The position numbers and the translations under genes were made by a program. The notes below the pieces were generated by a model. That model made no database searches and was not told where the DNA came from. It saw only the letters and a program-made list of their open reading frames with translations. 64,000 bases of DNA from Desulfomonilia bacterium (lineage in GTDB: Bacteria > Desulfobacterota > Desulfomonilia > UBA1062): NCBI GenBank assembly GCA_963664325.2, contig CAXXDQ010000003.1, positions 704,001-768,000 on the forward strand, read 5' to 3'. This document shows positions 19,301 through 27,512 of this stretch, one piece after another; position 1 is the first letter of the stretch; every line of letters begins with the position of its first letter.

Positions 19301-19418
19301 TCCCATCGAAGGAAAGACTGTCTCTCGTTACGTCCGAGCGCTTGTCACATGCCGTGATCGACATGCCGAGAAGAACCAGGACCGCTATGATAAAATTGCT
19401 GGAATTTTTCATACTCAT
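16377..19418 (-). CDS. Large (~1013 aa) lipoprotein of unknown family, predicted mostly alpha-helical
   Basis: Start ATG 19418 behind GGAGG (ORF-track start at 19694 is spurious); MSMKNSSNFIIAVLVLLGMSITAC lipobox; L/D/N-rich amphipathic helices; DNDGDG motif near the C-terminus. Confidence 0.85.
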   Translation of the reverse strand: MSMKNSSNFIIAVLVLLGMSITACDKRSDVTRDSLSFDGINTEELLAGEDNLNELVGHLTFGQVLDLLGNSLKTLNTLAEQGYTTKEDYQTLLNILKNVHQYLLDEKAEYETKYGADPDLYDLDHPNTMSDLLDMAVKAKVGLLLNQVLKQAGSDCLTQNIYPMISYAMGADDEILKNALSGSGGISLDTLREGDNLDNLMRVANGLIDQDGKYKDIHNSIRMLDYLLKTEQNSVTIDDIRDLFDSLSTLTGPYTPTNTPDEEPAVVGPYNDDQKKLIWGTEKGVMKALRQTWSVDIQNDTRNLSNSLNLFLTSTDMADTLQGLSDVLSINQATLQAYVDKALDGIAPTTNPDVLKGLAPRLARIDKADIPGIAAGLNAALEGNMYGLSKDSSDVKISELRTLMYMMQEAGDTDNILNRMKIINLMSSPDDVSLGLPVSKERTLNMAEWTVGEVASALKYWTDDARGTAKKTPAQTLNWVLYVKKYQLLALKIGSLTIFTAKTYDGMADMMQDSMMDIFRKDNSIFNLLKSLYPGAKSADGILDPFPAFVELAGNYSNPNSDSWKTKPSEGETAVRHKLFSLFAPMMAHYWDTNTQGDMVNMMTQLNEINYDTYVPLKNGSSATFRQDNQGTVFKELETALKPAFNNRAGDTTGIIAPVLDLALRAVEKLDAASPPFLTGLNETSLLDAVINDLNMQEMDNDDQDNLIRKLFVNKDKENRTFITNAAALLNADNRDTIVRFASVMGKSLKDSGLFDALVDHSNQFVVEDYDMISPILSDLITTSTDSSDASTMTQLMDYLEANIDDEENPFVSNGKTLLFRMMDIQDATYNPAGLLTGTTPITGPSSLLTHLTGPAEPVTLTEKVAQLVTGSSEDPGLYDLTPLKDFLLELTASPDVIRPMLNSGGMMSMIMGGEEAGANYYDISIEARFIKALFTAVDNDGDGVKEDSVAYNIIKLINLNRVNEDSEFMQRILVELYEETQGNGVSLFKPGTEKNDNLILTFENLLNNISVK

Positions 19419-19529
19419 AAATTCCTCCTGCATCTGTATTATGCAAACGATATGCCGGAATAAGATAATCAATGAAATATTTTTCCCTCCGCATAGTGCA
19501 AACCGCATAATATCTTTAAATTTCTTTCT

Positions 19530-19558
19530 ATTATGGATAAGGTTGATTTTGTTGTCAA
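19530..19558 (-). promoter_or_regulatory. Sigma70-type promoter of the lipoprotein-FadL operon
   Basis: Minus strand TTGACA-17 nt-CATAAT, about 110 nt upstream of ATG 19418. Confidence 0.75.
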
Positions 19559-19692
19559 GATATAATGCTTGGATACGGTTTAACCGAAAATTAGTGTGCG
19601 AAAAATAAAGGAATATTTTGGAAATAAATTTCACACAAACGGTAGGTTTAGTGCTTGACCATTTATCATAAGGTGTCATAACTCGAAATGTC

Positions 19693-20217
19693 ATGTCAGT
19701 AAGAATTTGTGCAGGGGTTTATAAATCAAGAAGGATAGCTTGTCCCGATGATATCAGACCCACTTCCGACAGAGTCAAAGAGGCATTGTTTTCCGCGCTT
19801 CTCATTGATTATAAAGGTCTTGATGTCCTTGATATTTTTGCAGGCAGCGGATCGCTTGGTATTGAGGCGCTCAGCAGAGGGGTTAAAACGGCAACCTTTG
19901 TGGATAATTCAGCCTCAAGCATCAATTTTATTAATAAAAATACTGAGCAATTAGGGATCTCGGAACAGTGCGTCATCATTAAATCCGATGCCTTGGCGTA
20001 CATCAAAAAATGCGGACAGCTTTTCGATCTTGTTTTTATGGATCCCCCGTACAATAAAGGTCTTGCTTCGCAGGTTGGACCTGAGCTATATTTTCTGATT
20101 AAGCCGGGCGGGGTAATGATAATAGAACACTCCCCGAAGGAATTAATATATATGAGTTCATACAAGCGTAAGTCCTATGGAGATACGATGCTGACGTTTA
20201 TAAGAAGGGAGCCGTAA
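19693..20217 (+). CDS. rsmD: 16S rRNA m2G966 methyltransferase RsmD
   Basis: RPTSDRVKEALF, LDIFAGSGSLGIEALSRG, DPPY, YG; upstream of coaD. Confidence 0.95.
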   Translation: MSVRICAGVYKSRRIACPDDIRPTSDRVKEALFSALLIDYKGLDVLDIFAGSGSLGIEALSRGVKTATFVDNSASSINFINKNTEQLGISEQCVIIKSDALAYIKKCGQLFDLVFMDPPYNKGLASQVGPELYFLIKPGGVMIIEHSPKELIYMSSYKRKSYGDTMLTFIRREP

Positions 20218-20715
20218 ATGAGCGGAAAAATTGCTGTTTGTCCCGGTTCATTTGATCCGATAACGAACGGTCACATTGATATTATCAGGAGGGGGCTGGG
20301 TGTTTTTGACAAGGTTGTAATTGCTGTTGGCCATAATGCCTTGAAACAAGACCTCTTTACTACTGATGAAAAAGTGGAGATGATCAAGAAATGTGTCAAA
20401 TCCATTGACAGGATCAGTGTTGATGTATTCGAAGGCCTGCTTGTCGATTATGTTAAAAAAATTGGCGCGTGTGCAATTCTGAGAGGCCTGAGGGTTGTGT
20501 CAGATTTTGAATGGGAAATGCAGCTTTCGCTTATGAACAGAAAACTCTACGGCGATGTGGATACTTATTTTTTAATGACCGATTTCAGGAACCTGTTTGT
20601 CAGCTCGACCATAATAAAGGCTACAGTCTCAGCAGGAGGCTCTGTCAGAGGACTTGTGCCTGATCCCGTCCTAATAAAGCTTAAGGAAAAATTCCCTTTA
20701 ATGAGCACTGAGTGA
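20218..20715 (+). CDS. coaD: Phosphopantetheine adenylyltransferase
   Basis: PGSFDPITNGHIDII, RGLR..SDFE.E, VSST. Confidence 0.97.
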   Translation: MSGKIAVCPGSFDPITNGHIDIIRRGLGVFDKVVIAVGHNALKQDLFTTDEKVEMIKKCVKSIDRISVDVFEGLLVDYVKKIGACAILRGLRVVSDFEWEMQLSLMNRKLYGDVDTYFLMTDFRNLFVSSTIIKATVSAGGSVRGLVPDPVLIKLKEKFPLMSTE

Positions 20716-20749
20716 ACCGGAACAAACCTAATCTGATGGAGGAAATATA

Positions 20750-21913
20750 ATGAAGATCTCGAAACTTGTATCAAGCATTCAGGAATCTGCAACCCTTGCC
20801 GTCACTGCAAAGGCAAACGCACTAAAGGCCGAGGGCAAGGATGTCATCGGATTTGCCGCCGGTGAGCCGGACTTTGATACACCTGATGATATCAAGGAAG
20901 CCGCGATAAAAGCAATCAGGGATGGCAAGACAAAATATACCCCTGTTGCCGGAATACCTGAACTCAGAAAGGCTGTGGCCGATGTAGTAAATGAAGAATA
21001 TGGTACAAAGATGACCACGGCGAATGTACTGGTTTCATGCGGTGCTAAACATAGCCTGTATAACCTTTTTGTAACAATATTCGATGCCGGGGATGAGGTT
21101 ATATGCCCTTCACCTTACTGGGTTTCCTATTCGGCCATGATCGAAATTGCGGGCGCCAGACCCATTCTTATCGACACGAGGGATACCGGCCTCAAACTTA
21201 AGGCTGAGCAGGTAAAAAAGGCGATTACTCCGAAAACACGTGGAATAATAATCAACTCTCCGTCTAATCCGACCGGCATGATATTCGAAAAGAAGGAGCT
21301 CGAAAAAATTGCCGAGCTTTGCATCAAACACGACATAGTCATAATTGCCGACGATATCTATCATAAACTTGTATTTTCAGGGAATACGTTTACGAGTATT
21401 GCTTCACTCGGACCCGAGGTTGCCGCCAGGTCGTTCATCGTTATCGGTGCTTCAAAGACTTTTTCAATGACAGGGTGGAGAATCGGCTACTGCATCGGCG
21501 ACAAGGACGTGATCGCAGCTATGGGAAGACTTCAGAGTCAGAGCACATCCAACCCGACATCATTTGCCCAGTATGGGGCTTATCAGTCGCTGACAGGTGA
21601 TCAGAGCATCGTGGCGGAACGTACAAAAATATTTGAAAAACGCCGTGATCTGATGGTTTCTAAAATCAGAGAGATTCCGGGTATGGATATTATCAAACCT
21701 GAAGGTGCATTTTATTGTTTCCCTTCAATGAAAGGCCTTATCGGGAGGTTCAAAGGTTCAACAGATCTTGCAAATTTCCTGCTTGACAGGGCGCTTGTAG
21801 CTATAGTCCCGGGAATCGAATTCGGAAGCGATGAACATTTCAGGCTTTCATATGCAACCTCAGATAAAAACATAATCGAAGGGCTTGAGAGGATTAAAAA
21901 AGCGCTTGCCTGA
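20750..21913 (+). CDS. aspC: Class I PLP-dependent (aspartate) aminotransferase
   Basis: GEPDFDTP, PYWVSY, NSPSNPTG, SKTFSMTGWRIGY, RLSYA. Confidence 0.9.
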   Translation: MKISKLVSSIQESATLAVTAKANALKAEGKDVIGFAAGEPDFDTPDDIKEAAIKAIRDGKTKYTPVAGIPELRKAVADVVNEEYGTKMTTANVLVSCGAKHSLYNLFVTIFDAGDEVICPSPYWVSYSAMIEIAGARPILIDTRDTGLKLKAEQVKKAITPKTRGIIINSPSNPTGMIFEKKELEKIAELCIKHDIVIIADDIYHKLVFSGNTFTSIASLGPEVAARSFIVIGASKTFSMTGWRIGYCIGDKDVIAAMGRLQSQSTSNPTSFAQYGAYQSLTGDQSIVAERTKIFEKRRDLMVSKIREIPGMDIIKPEGAFYCFPSMKGLIGRFKGSTDLANFLLDRALVAIVPGIEFGSDEHFRLSYATSDKNIIEGLERIKKALA

Positions 21914-21930
21914 AAAATATCCATAAAAAC

Positions 21931-21954
21931 GTGGTGCAGAAAATACTGCACCGC
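21931..21954. terminator. Terminator hairpin between convergent aspC and glycerate kinase
   Basis: GTGGTGCAG-AAAATA-CTGCACCGC preceded by an A run. Confidence 0.6.
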
Positions 21955-21957
21955 GCA

Positions 21958-23298
21958 TCAATTATCAACAAGCAAAATTCTCACATCCATCACGTTTGTA
22001 CGGGTTGGACCCGTTATCAGTAAGTCTCCGGTCTGCTTCAGATAGTTATAGGAATCATTTGAATCAAGGTACATGTCGATATTCAGCCCTTTTTCTTTTC
22101 CACGCGCAACTGTTTCCGTGTCGACAATACCTCCTGCCGCATCTGTAGGCCCGTCTGTGCCGTCGGTGCCGCCGCTGAGCACAACTATATTCTTATCCAT
22201 ACCGCAGATTTCTTTTGCTGCCGCAAGGGCGAATTCCTGGTTGCGGCCTCCTGTGCCTGAGCCTTTTACAATCACTGTTGTTTCGCCGCCGCTTATTATG
22301 CATGCAGGCGGTTTTGCCGGATTGCCAGAAAGCAGTATGTCACGGGCTGTTGCTACATGTGCTTTTGCAACCTCTGTCGTATCGCCTTCACTCATGGAGG
22401 AAACGATAACCGAGTTGTAACCGGCCGATGAAGCTTCTTCCCGGGCTGCCCTGCAGGCAAGGATGTTGCTTCCGATAGTTTTGTTCATAACCCGTTCGAA
22501 GATGGGGTCTCCCGATTTGGGTGTTTCAGGGATGCTGCCCCCGGCACCTTCGGAGAGTCTTGACATGACGGTTGCCGGCATTTTATGCCGCATGCCGTAT
22601 TTGTCGATGATATTTATGGAGTCTGTGTAAGTTGAACTGTCAGGCACAAAAGGGCCGGATGCAATTACATCCATGTCATCGCCGATAACATCGGAAAGCA
22701 TAAGGTTTATAACAGTTGCCGGATATGCCGTTTTGGCAAGTCCTCCTCCCTTGGAGACGGAAAGATGTTTTCTGACTGTATTCAACTCATGGATGTCTGC
22801 CCCGCATTTCAGCAGTCCGTCGGTCGCTCTTTTCTTGTCCTCCAGGGATATGCCCCGAGCGGGTAAAGGCAGAAGGGCCGATCCCCCGCCTGATATCAAA
22901 GAGATAACAAGGTCTTTTTCAGTGCAGGCTGCAAGAAGTCCGGCAATCCTTTTAGCCCCGGCAAGTCCGTTATCATCCGGCACAGGATGTCCTGCCTCAA
23001 TAAGATCGATCCTATTCAGTGGCAGGCCGTGGCCGTATTTTACAACAATGATTCCCTTGTTTATCCTGTCTCCCAATATGGTCTCAACGGCCTTTGCCAT
23101 CGGAGCGGATGCCTTGCCTGCCCCGACAACAAAAATCCTTGAAAACATGTTCAAGTCATAGGTTTTCCCGCCGGCGTTCAGATTGTCGCCATTACGCGAA
23201 AGAAATGAACCCACCGCATTCTCCGGGTCGACTGCAGCTATTGCCGATCTGAATATTTTAACCGCATCTTTTCTCATGCCGGCTATTTTATCTGCCAT
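21958..23298 (-). CDS. gckA: Glycerate 2-kinase (GckA/TtuD, MOFRL family)
   Basis: GAGKA, EAGHPVPD, ISGGGSAL, SDVIGD, GGETTV, GGRNQE, GTDGTDGPT, TGPTRTNVMD; start at ATG 23298 or 23301 behind GGAGG. Confidence 0.92.
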   Translation of the reverse strand: MADKIAGMRKDAVKIFRSAIAAVDPENAVGSFLSRNGDNLNAGGKTYDLNMFSRIFVVGAGKASAPMAKAVETILGDRINKGIIVVKYGHGLPLNRIDLIEAGHPVPDDNGLAGAKRIAGLLAACTEKDLVISLISGGGSALLPLPARGISLEDKKRATDGLLKCGADIHELNTVRKHLSVSKGGGLAKTAYPATVINLMLSDVIGDDMDVIASGPFVPDSSTYTDSINIIDKYGMRHKMPATVMSRLSEGAGGSIPETPKSGDPIFERVMNKTIGSNILACRAAREEASSAGYNSVIVSSMSEGDTTEVAKAHVATARDILLSGNPAKPPACIISGGETTVIVKGSGTGGRNQEFALAAAKEICGMDKNIVVLSGGTDGTDGPTDAAGGIVDTETVARGKEKGLNIDMYLDSNDSYNYLKQTGDLLITGPTRTNVMDVRILLVDN

Positions 23299-23412
23299 CA
23301 TACACCTCCGGGAACCTGACTGATAAGGAATGTTATCATGAGTATTATGTTCCGGCCATAGATATGTATGGGCTCGTTGACATGTGAATGTAATTTCCTT
23401 AAGGTGCAAAAC

Positions 23413-24009
23413 ATGCAGATAATTCTGGCATCAGCTTCGCCCAGGAGAAAGGAGTTGCTTAAATATCTGGGAATCGAATTTGATATCATCATCCCGGACA
23501 TACACGAGCATGCCCGCGATGGTGAGAACCCCGAGGACTTTTGCGCGCGTATCAGCAGGGAAAAGGCCCTTTCAGTAAAAAAGGGGTTTCAGGATTCCCT
23601 TATAATAGCAGCCGATACAATAGTTGTTATTGACGGTGAGATTCTGGGCAAGCCGAAAAATAGAGATGAGGCCTGCTCATATCTCAGGCTTTTATGCGGG
23701 CGGCAGCACACTGTCTTTACAGCCTTCACAATATTATTCCCCGATGGAAGTAATGGAATAACCAGGATTGAGCGTTCAACAGTCCACTTTGCCGATATGA
23801 GCGAGGATGATATTATATGGTATGTTTCTACAGGCGAACCCATGGATAAGGCCGGTGCATACGGCCTTCAAGGGATAGGTGCAGCTTTTGTGGACAAAAT
23901 TGAAGGTTCGTTCACAAATGTTATCGGCCTTCCTCTTTCTGAAGTATATAAATGCATTAAGCCATACATAATTTTCAAGAAAGATATTTCAGGAGGTATT
24001 CATGCGTAA
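23413..24009 (+). CDS. maf: Maf-family nucleoside triphosphate pyrophosphatase
   Basis: ILASASPRRKELL, AADTIV, DKAGAYGLQG, NVIGLPL; start ATG 23413. Confidence 0.95.
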   Translation: MQIILASASPRRKELLKYLGIEFDIIIPDIHEHARDGENPEDFCARISREKALSVKKGFQDSLIIAADTIVVIDGEILGKPKNRDEACSYLRLLCGRQHTVFTAFTILFPDGSNGITRIERSTVHFADMSEDDIIWYVSTGEPMDKAGAYGLQGIGAAFVDKIEGSFTNVIGLPLSEVYKCIKPYIIFKKDISGGIHA

Positions 24010-25489
24010 GTTCATCATGGCTATTGACCAGGGAACAACAGGCACGAGGGTGATGATTGTCGATAAGAAGGGCGCGATCGCGGCTAGTGCCTATACCGAA
24101 TTTCCTCAGATTTATCCGAAGCCCGGATGGGTGGAGCACAATGCAGAAATAATCTGGGATTCGACAGTACAGGTAATGGGCCAGGCTTTTAAAGATGCGG
24201 ATATAACAGCAGCGAATATTCAGGGAATAGGAATTACCAACCAGAGAGAGACTTCTGTTATCTGGGACAGGAAGACTTTAAAGCCTGTACATAACGCCAT
24301 TGTCTGGCAGTGCAGGAGGAGTTCGGTCATTTGTGATGAAATGAAGGAAAAGGGTCTTGAACCGGTCTTCCAGAAGAAAACTGGGCTTGTCCTGGATGCG
24401 TATTTTTCAGGTACAAAGGTTAAGTGGATATTGGACGAATATCCTGAAATCAGAAACAGGGCCGAAGCCGGTGAACTCGCTTTCGGAACCATAGATACCT
24501 GGATTATTGCAAAGCTTACCGGCGGAAGGATTCATGTGACGGATTACACTAACGCTTCCCGTACCCTCATGTACAATATTCATGAAAAAAAGTGGGATGA
24601 TGAACTGCTCAAATATCTAAATATTCCAGCGTCGCTGTTGCCGAAGGTCGTCTCCTCGTCGGAGATTGTAGGGGAAAGCGATCCTCATGTGGCGGGTGCT
24701 GCGATACCGATAGCAGGGATTGCCGGCGACCAGCAGGCGGCACTTTTCGGCCAGGGTTGTTTTTCAGAGGGGCAGGCGAAAAACACTTACGGAACCGGCT
24801 GCTTCATGCTTTTAAATGTCGGCAATAAAGAGGTGGAACCAAAAAACGGGCTTATCCTGACGCTCGCATGCAACGGTGAAGGACAACCCTGTTACGCAAT
24901 GGAGGGGTCCATCTTTATCGGCGGGGCGGTAATGCAGTGGTTGAGGGACGGTCTCGGGCTGGTATCATCTGCCGCGGAATCACAGGCTATTGCAGAAAGC
25001 GTAAAAGACACGAACGGGGTATATCTGGTACCTGCTTTTGCGGGCCTGGGGGCGCCGTACTGGGATATGTATGCAAGGGGAGGGATTCTTGGTATCACAA
25101 GGGGGACAACGCGTGCCCACATTATCAGAGCGGCGCTTGAAGGAATAGCTTTCCAGGTCAAGGATCTGATAGGCGCATTTGAAAGTGTATCAGGAGAAAA
25201 ATTCTCAGAACTGAGGGTTGACGGCGGGGCATGTAAAAATAATTTTCTCATGCAGTTCCAGGCCGACACGCTCGGGTTTCCGATAGACCGTTCTTCATAT
25301 ATCGAATCAACAGGAATGGGGGCAGCATTCCTTGCAGGATTGTCAACTGGTTTCTGGCCGTCGAGTGGAGATATAAAAAATCTGAGAAAATCGGAAAAGG
25401 TTTTTTATCCGAAAATTAATGAAGAATTACGGGCAGGGATGTATAACGGCTGGATTGACGCTGTCAGCAGGGTGAAAAGCAGGGTTTGA
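24002..25489 (+). CDS. glpK: Glycerol kinase
   Basis: IDQGTTGTR, GITNQRET, IVWQCRR, GDQQAALFGQ, KNTYGTGCF, GLGAPYWD, RVDGG. Confidence 0.97.
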   Translation: MRKFIMAIDQGTTGTRVMIVDKKGAIAASAYTEFPQIYPKPGWVEHNAEIIWDSTVQVMGQAFKDADITAANIQGIGITNQRETSVIWDRKTLKPVHNAIVWQCRRSSVICDEMKEKGLEPVFQKKTGLVLDAYFSGTKVKWILDEYPEIRNRAEAGELAFGTIDTWIIAKLTGGRIHVTDYTNASRTLMYNIHEKKWDDELLKYLNIPASLLPKVVSSSEIVGESDPHVAGAAIPIAGIAGDQQAALFGQGCFSEGQAKNTYGTGCFMLLNVGNKEVEPKNGLILTLACNGEGQPCYAMEGSIFIGGAVMQWLRDGLGLVSSAAESQAIAESVKDTNGVYLVPAFAGLGAPYWDMYARGGILGITRGTTRAHIIRAALEGIAFQVKDLIGAFESVSGEKFSELRVDGGACKNNFLMQFQADTLGFPIDRSSYIESTGMGAAFLAGLSTGFWPSSGDIKNLRKSEKVFYPKINEELRAGMYNGWIDAVSRVKSRV

Positions 25490-26256
25490 TGAAGATTTTT
25501 GAATATCTGGGACGCACTGTAATATCTTTTATTGAGCAGGTAGGTGAGATAGGCATCTTCCTGTCAAGTATAGTTAAATGGCTTTTCAGGAAGCCGTTTT
25601 TCTACCATCAGCTTTTCAAACAGATGGAATTCATCGGTGTAAAATCAAGCACGGTTATCCTACTGACAGGTATTTTTACCGGTATGGTTACAGCGCTTCA
25701 GATGCACTATGGATTCAAACAGTTCGGTGCCGAGGCGCTTGTCGGCTCAACAGCCACTCTCAGTATAACACGAGAACTGGGTCCGGTACTGGCTGCGCTT
25801 ATGGTTACGGCCAGAGCAGGCTCGGCAATGACCGCCGAAATCGGTTCCATGAGAGTCACAGAGCAGATCGATGCGCTTACGGTAATGGGGGTCAACCCGT
25901 TTCAGTATCTTGTTATCCCCAGGATAATTGCAGCCCTACTTGTCATGCCCATGCTGACGATTATTTATGATGCGGTAGGCATGGTAGGGTCATGGATTGT
26001 CGGTGTGAAGATACTTGGTATCAATGAGAGCATGTTCTGGTTTCGTATATCTGAATATGTTGATTACAAGGATATATTTACCGGGTTGTTCAAAGCCGCG
26101 TTTTTCGGATTGATAATAGCAATCGTCGGCAGCTATAAAGGTTATACGACCACAGGAGGTGCAGAGGGCGTGGGCCAGGCAACGACATATTCGGTTGTCA
26201 TTTCTTCAGTAAGTATCCTGATTGCAGACTATATCCTTACGGCGTTTATGTACTGA
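25486..26256 (+). CDS. mlaE: MlaE-family lipid-asymmetry ABC permease
   Basis: RELGPVLAALMVTARAGSAMTAEIGSMRVTEQIDAL, GAEGVGQATT. Confidence 0.93.
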   Translation: MMKIFEYLGRTVISFIEQVGEIGIFLSSIVKWLFRKPFFYHQLFKQMEFIGVKSSTVILLTGIFTGMVTALQMHYGFKQFGAEALVGSTATLSITRELGPVLAALMVTARAGSAMTAEIGSMRVTEQIDALTVMGVNPFQYLVIPRIIAALLVMPMLTIIYDAVGMVGSWIVGVKILGINESMFWFRISEYVDYKDIFTGLFKAAFFGLIIAIVGSYKGYTTTGGAEGVGQATTYSVVISSVSILIADYILTAFMY

Positions 26257-26270
26257 TCAAAGAATTGATC

Positions 26271-26900
26271 TCAGATTCGGAAAGTACCGCTCAAAAGGAA
26301 ATTCTTAACAAGGATTGCGGTCTTTTTGTTCCTGTGGACAGCCTGATGAGGCCAGAAATTTCTAAGAATAAAATCATGCATGCCGTTAAATCTCATTTCA
26401 GATACGGCAATCAGATCATCATTATCACCCGGTATGAATGGATTGAATCCGAATCGCATTCCTGTTCCTGCTGCAATGACTCCGATTTTCTTTCCAACAG
26501 GAATATTTTCTGAAGGCGCAGATAAATCAGCAAGGGTTTTAGAAAAACAATCGGCATAGGGTAGGCTTGATAAATGTTTTGCCATAACCGAACCGTTTAC
26601 AGGTGATGAGATAAGAACAATATTTCCAATTCCGGAAATGTCATATCTTGTCAGGATGTCCAGAATAATCCTTCCCCCGGAACTGTGGCCAACCAGATGA
26701 AGTATCTTCCATGAATGTTCCGACAAGATATCATAAAGGAGATCGCTGCATTTCCCTATTCCGGCCGTAGTGACAGGCAGAGTCGGAACAATAGTGTTAA
26801 AGCCGTTTTTTATGAAAAATCTTTTCAGATAATTCATATCCCGGGCGGTTCTGAGATAGCCATGCAGGAGTAAAACAGTCGGGACTTCTGAGGTATTCAT
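26271..26900 (-). CDS. Alpha/beta-hydrolase (small lipase/esterase family)
   Basis: LLHG oxyanion motif, GHSSGG nucleophile elbow, SPVNGS, DND acid residue, C-terminal His. Confidence 0.85.
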   Translation of the reverse strand: MNTSEVPTVLLLHGYLRTARDMNYLKRFFIKNGFNTIVPTLPVTTAGIGKCSDLLYDILSEHSWKILHLVGHSSGGRIILDILTRYDISGIGNIVLISSPVNGSVMAKHLSSLPYADCFSKTLADLSAPSENIPVGKKIGVIAAGTGMRFGFNPFIPGDNDDLIAVSEMRFNGMHDFILRNFWPHQAVHRNKKTAILVKNFLLSGTFRI

Positions 26901-26930
26901 CTGAAAAGTATATGGTTTATTTAAATAACA

Positions 26931-26974
26931 AAAGGGAATGGCCTACTGTTCTGATAAAGCAAACCATTCCCTTT
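26931..26974 (-). terminator. Stem-loop after the PEP-CTERM gene
   Basis: AAAGGGAATGG…CCATTCCCTTT, 11-bp stem with 22-nt loop. Confidence 0.55.
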
Positions 26975-26993
26975 AAAGGCTTTAAAGTCTATT

Positions 26994-27380
26994 TTATTTA
27001 TGTGGTTTGGTCCTCTTCCTGGCAAAAAAACCGACCGAAAGCATGCCGAGACCGACAAGTACCATTGATGCAGGCTCAGGAACAGGCGCTGGAGAATCAT
27101 GGCGGCCTGTGTGTGATGAACAGTCAAAATTATAATCTCCACCTAGAGATGCCAGCGTAACTGTCAGAATTCCGTTTTGGAAGCTGACATTGTAATTATA
27201 TGTCCCTGTACCAATTTCTCCGACAGCCCATTCATCTGTATTTGTCCAGACATCAACACAACTTTGGCCGTCAGAATAGCCGTTGAAGGTGTATACATTA
27301 TTTAATGATATCGGGGCTGCAAGAGAAGTTCCTGCAAAGAGAAAGATAAATAATGCTGAGATTATCAGAAGTTTCCTCAT
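26994..27380 (-). CDS. PEP-CTERM (exosortase-sorted) surface protein
   Basis: Signal peptide (TSLA|AP); C-terminal PVPEPASMVLVGLGMLSVGFFARKR = PEP motif + TM + basic tail; SD GGAGG. Confidence 0.92.
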   Translation of the reverse strand: MRKLLIISALFIFLFAGTSLAAPISLNNVYTFNGYSDGQSCVDVWTNTDEWAVGEIGTGTYNYNVSFQNGILTVTLASLGGDYNFDCSSHTGRHDSPAPVPEPASMVLVGLGMLSVGFFARKRTKPHK

Positions 27381-27512
27381 ATTGTATCCTCCGTCAAAAT
27401 TTAAAGTGCTTTAAATCCCTCATCTAAATTTGTAATAATTCATAATATCAGACTATTAAATATAATTTGTTCATGCGCATTGTCAATAATTAAAATAACT
27501 TTTTGACAGTGT

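Noticed and set aside
19419-19694. 92-aa N-terminal extension of the 1105-aa ORF
   Set aside because: It contains the promoter and SD of the gene and overlaps the rsmD promoter; the lipoprotein signal starts at 19418.
23302-23412. Overlapping N-termini of glycerate kinase and maf in the ORF track
   Set aside because: SD-supported starts at 23298 and 23413 leave a normal divergent intergenic region.
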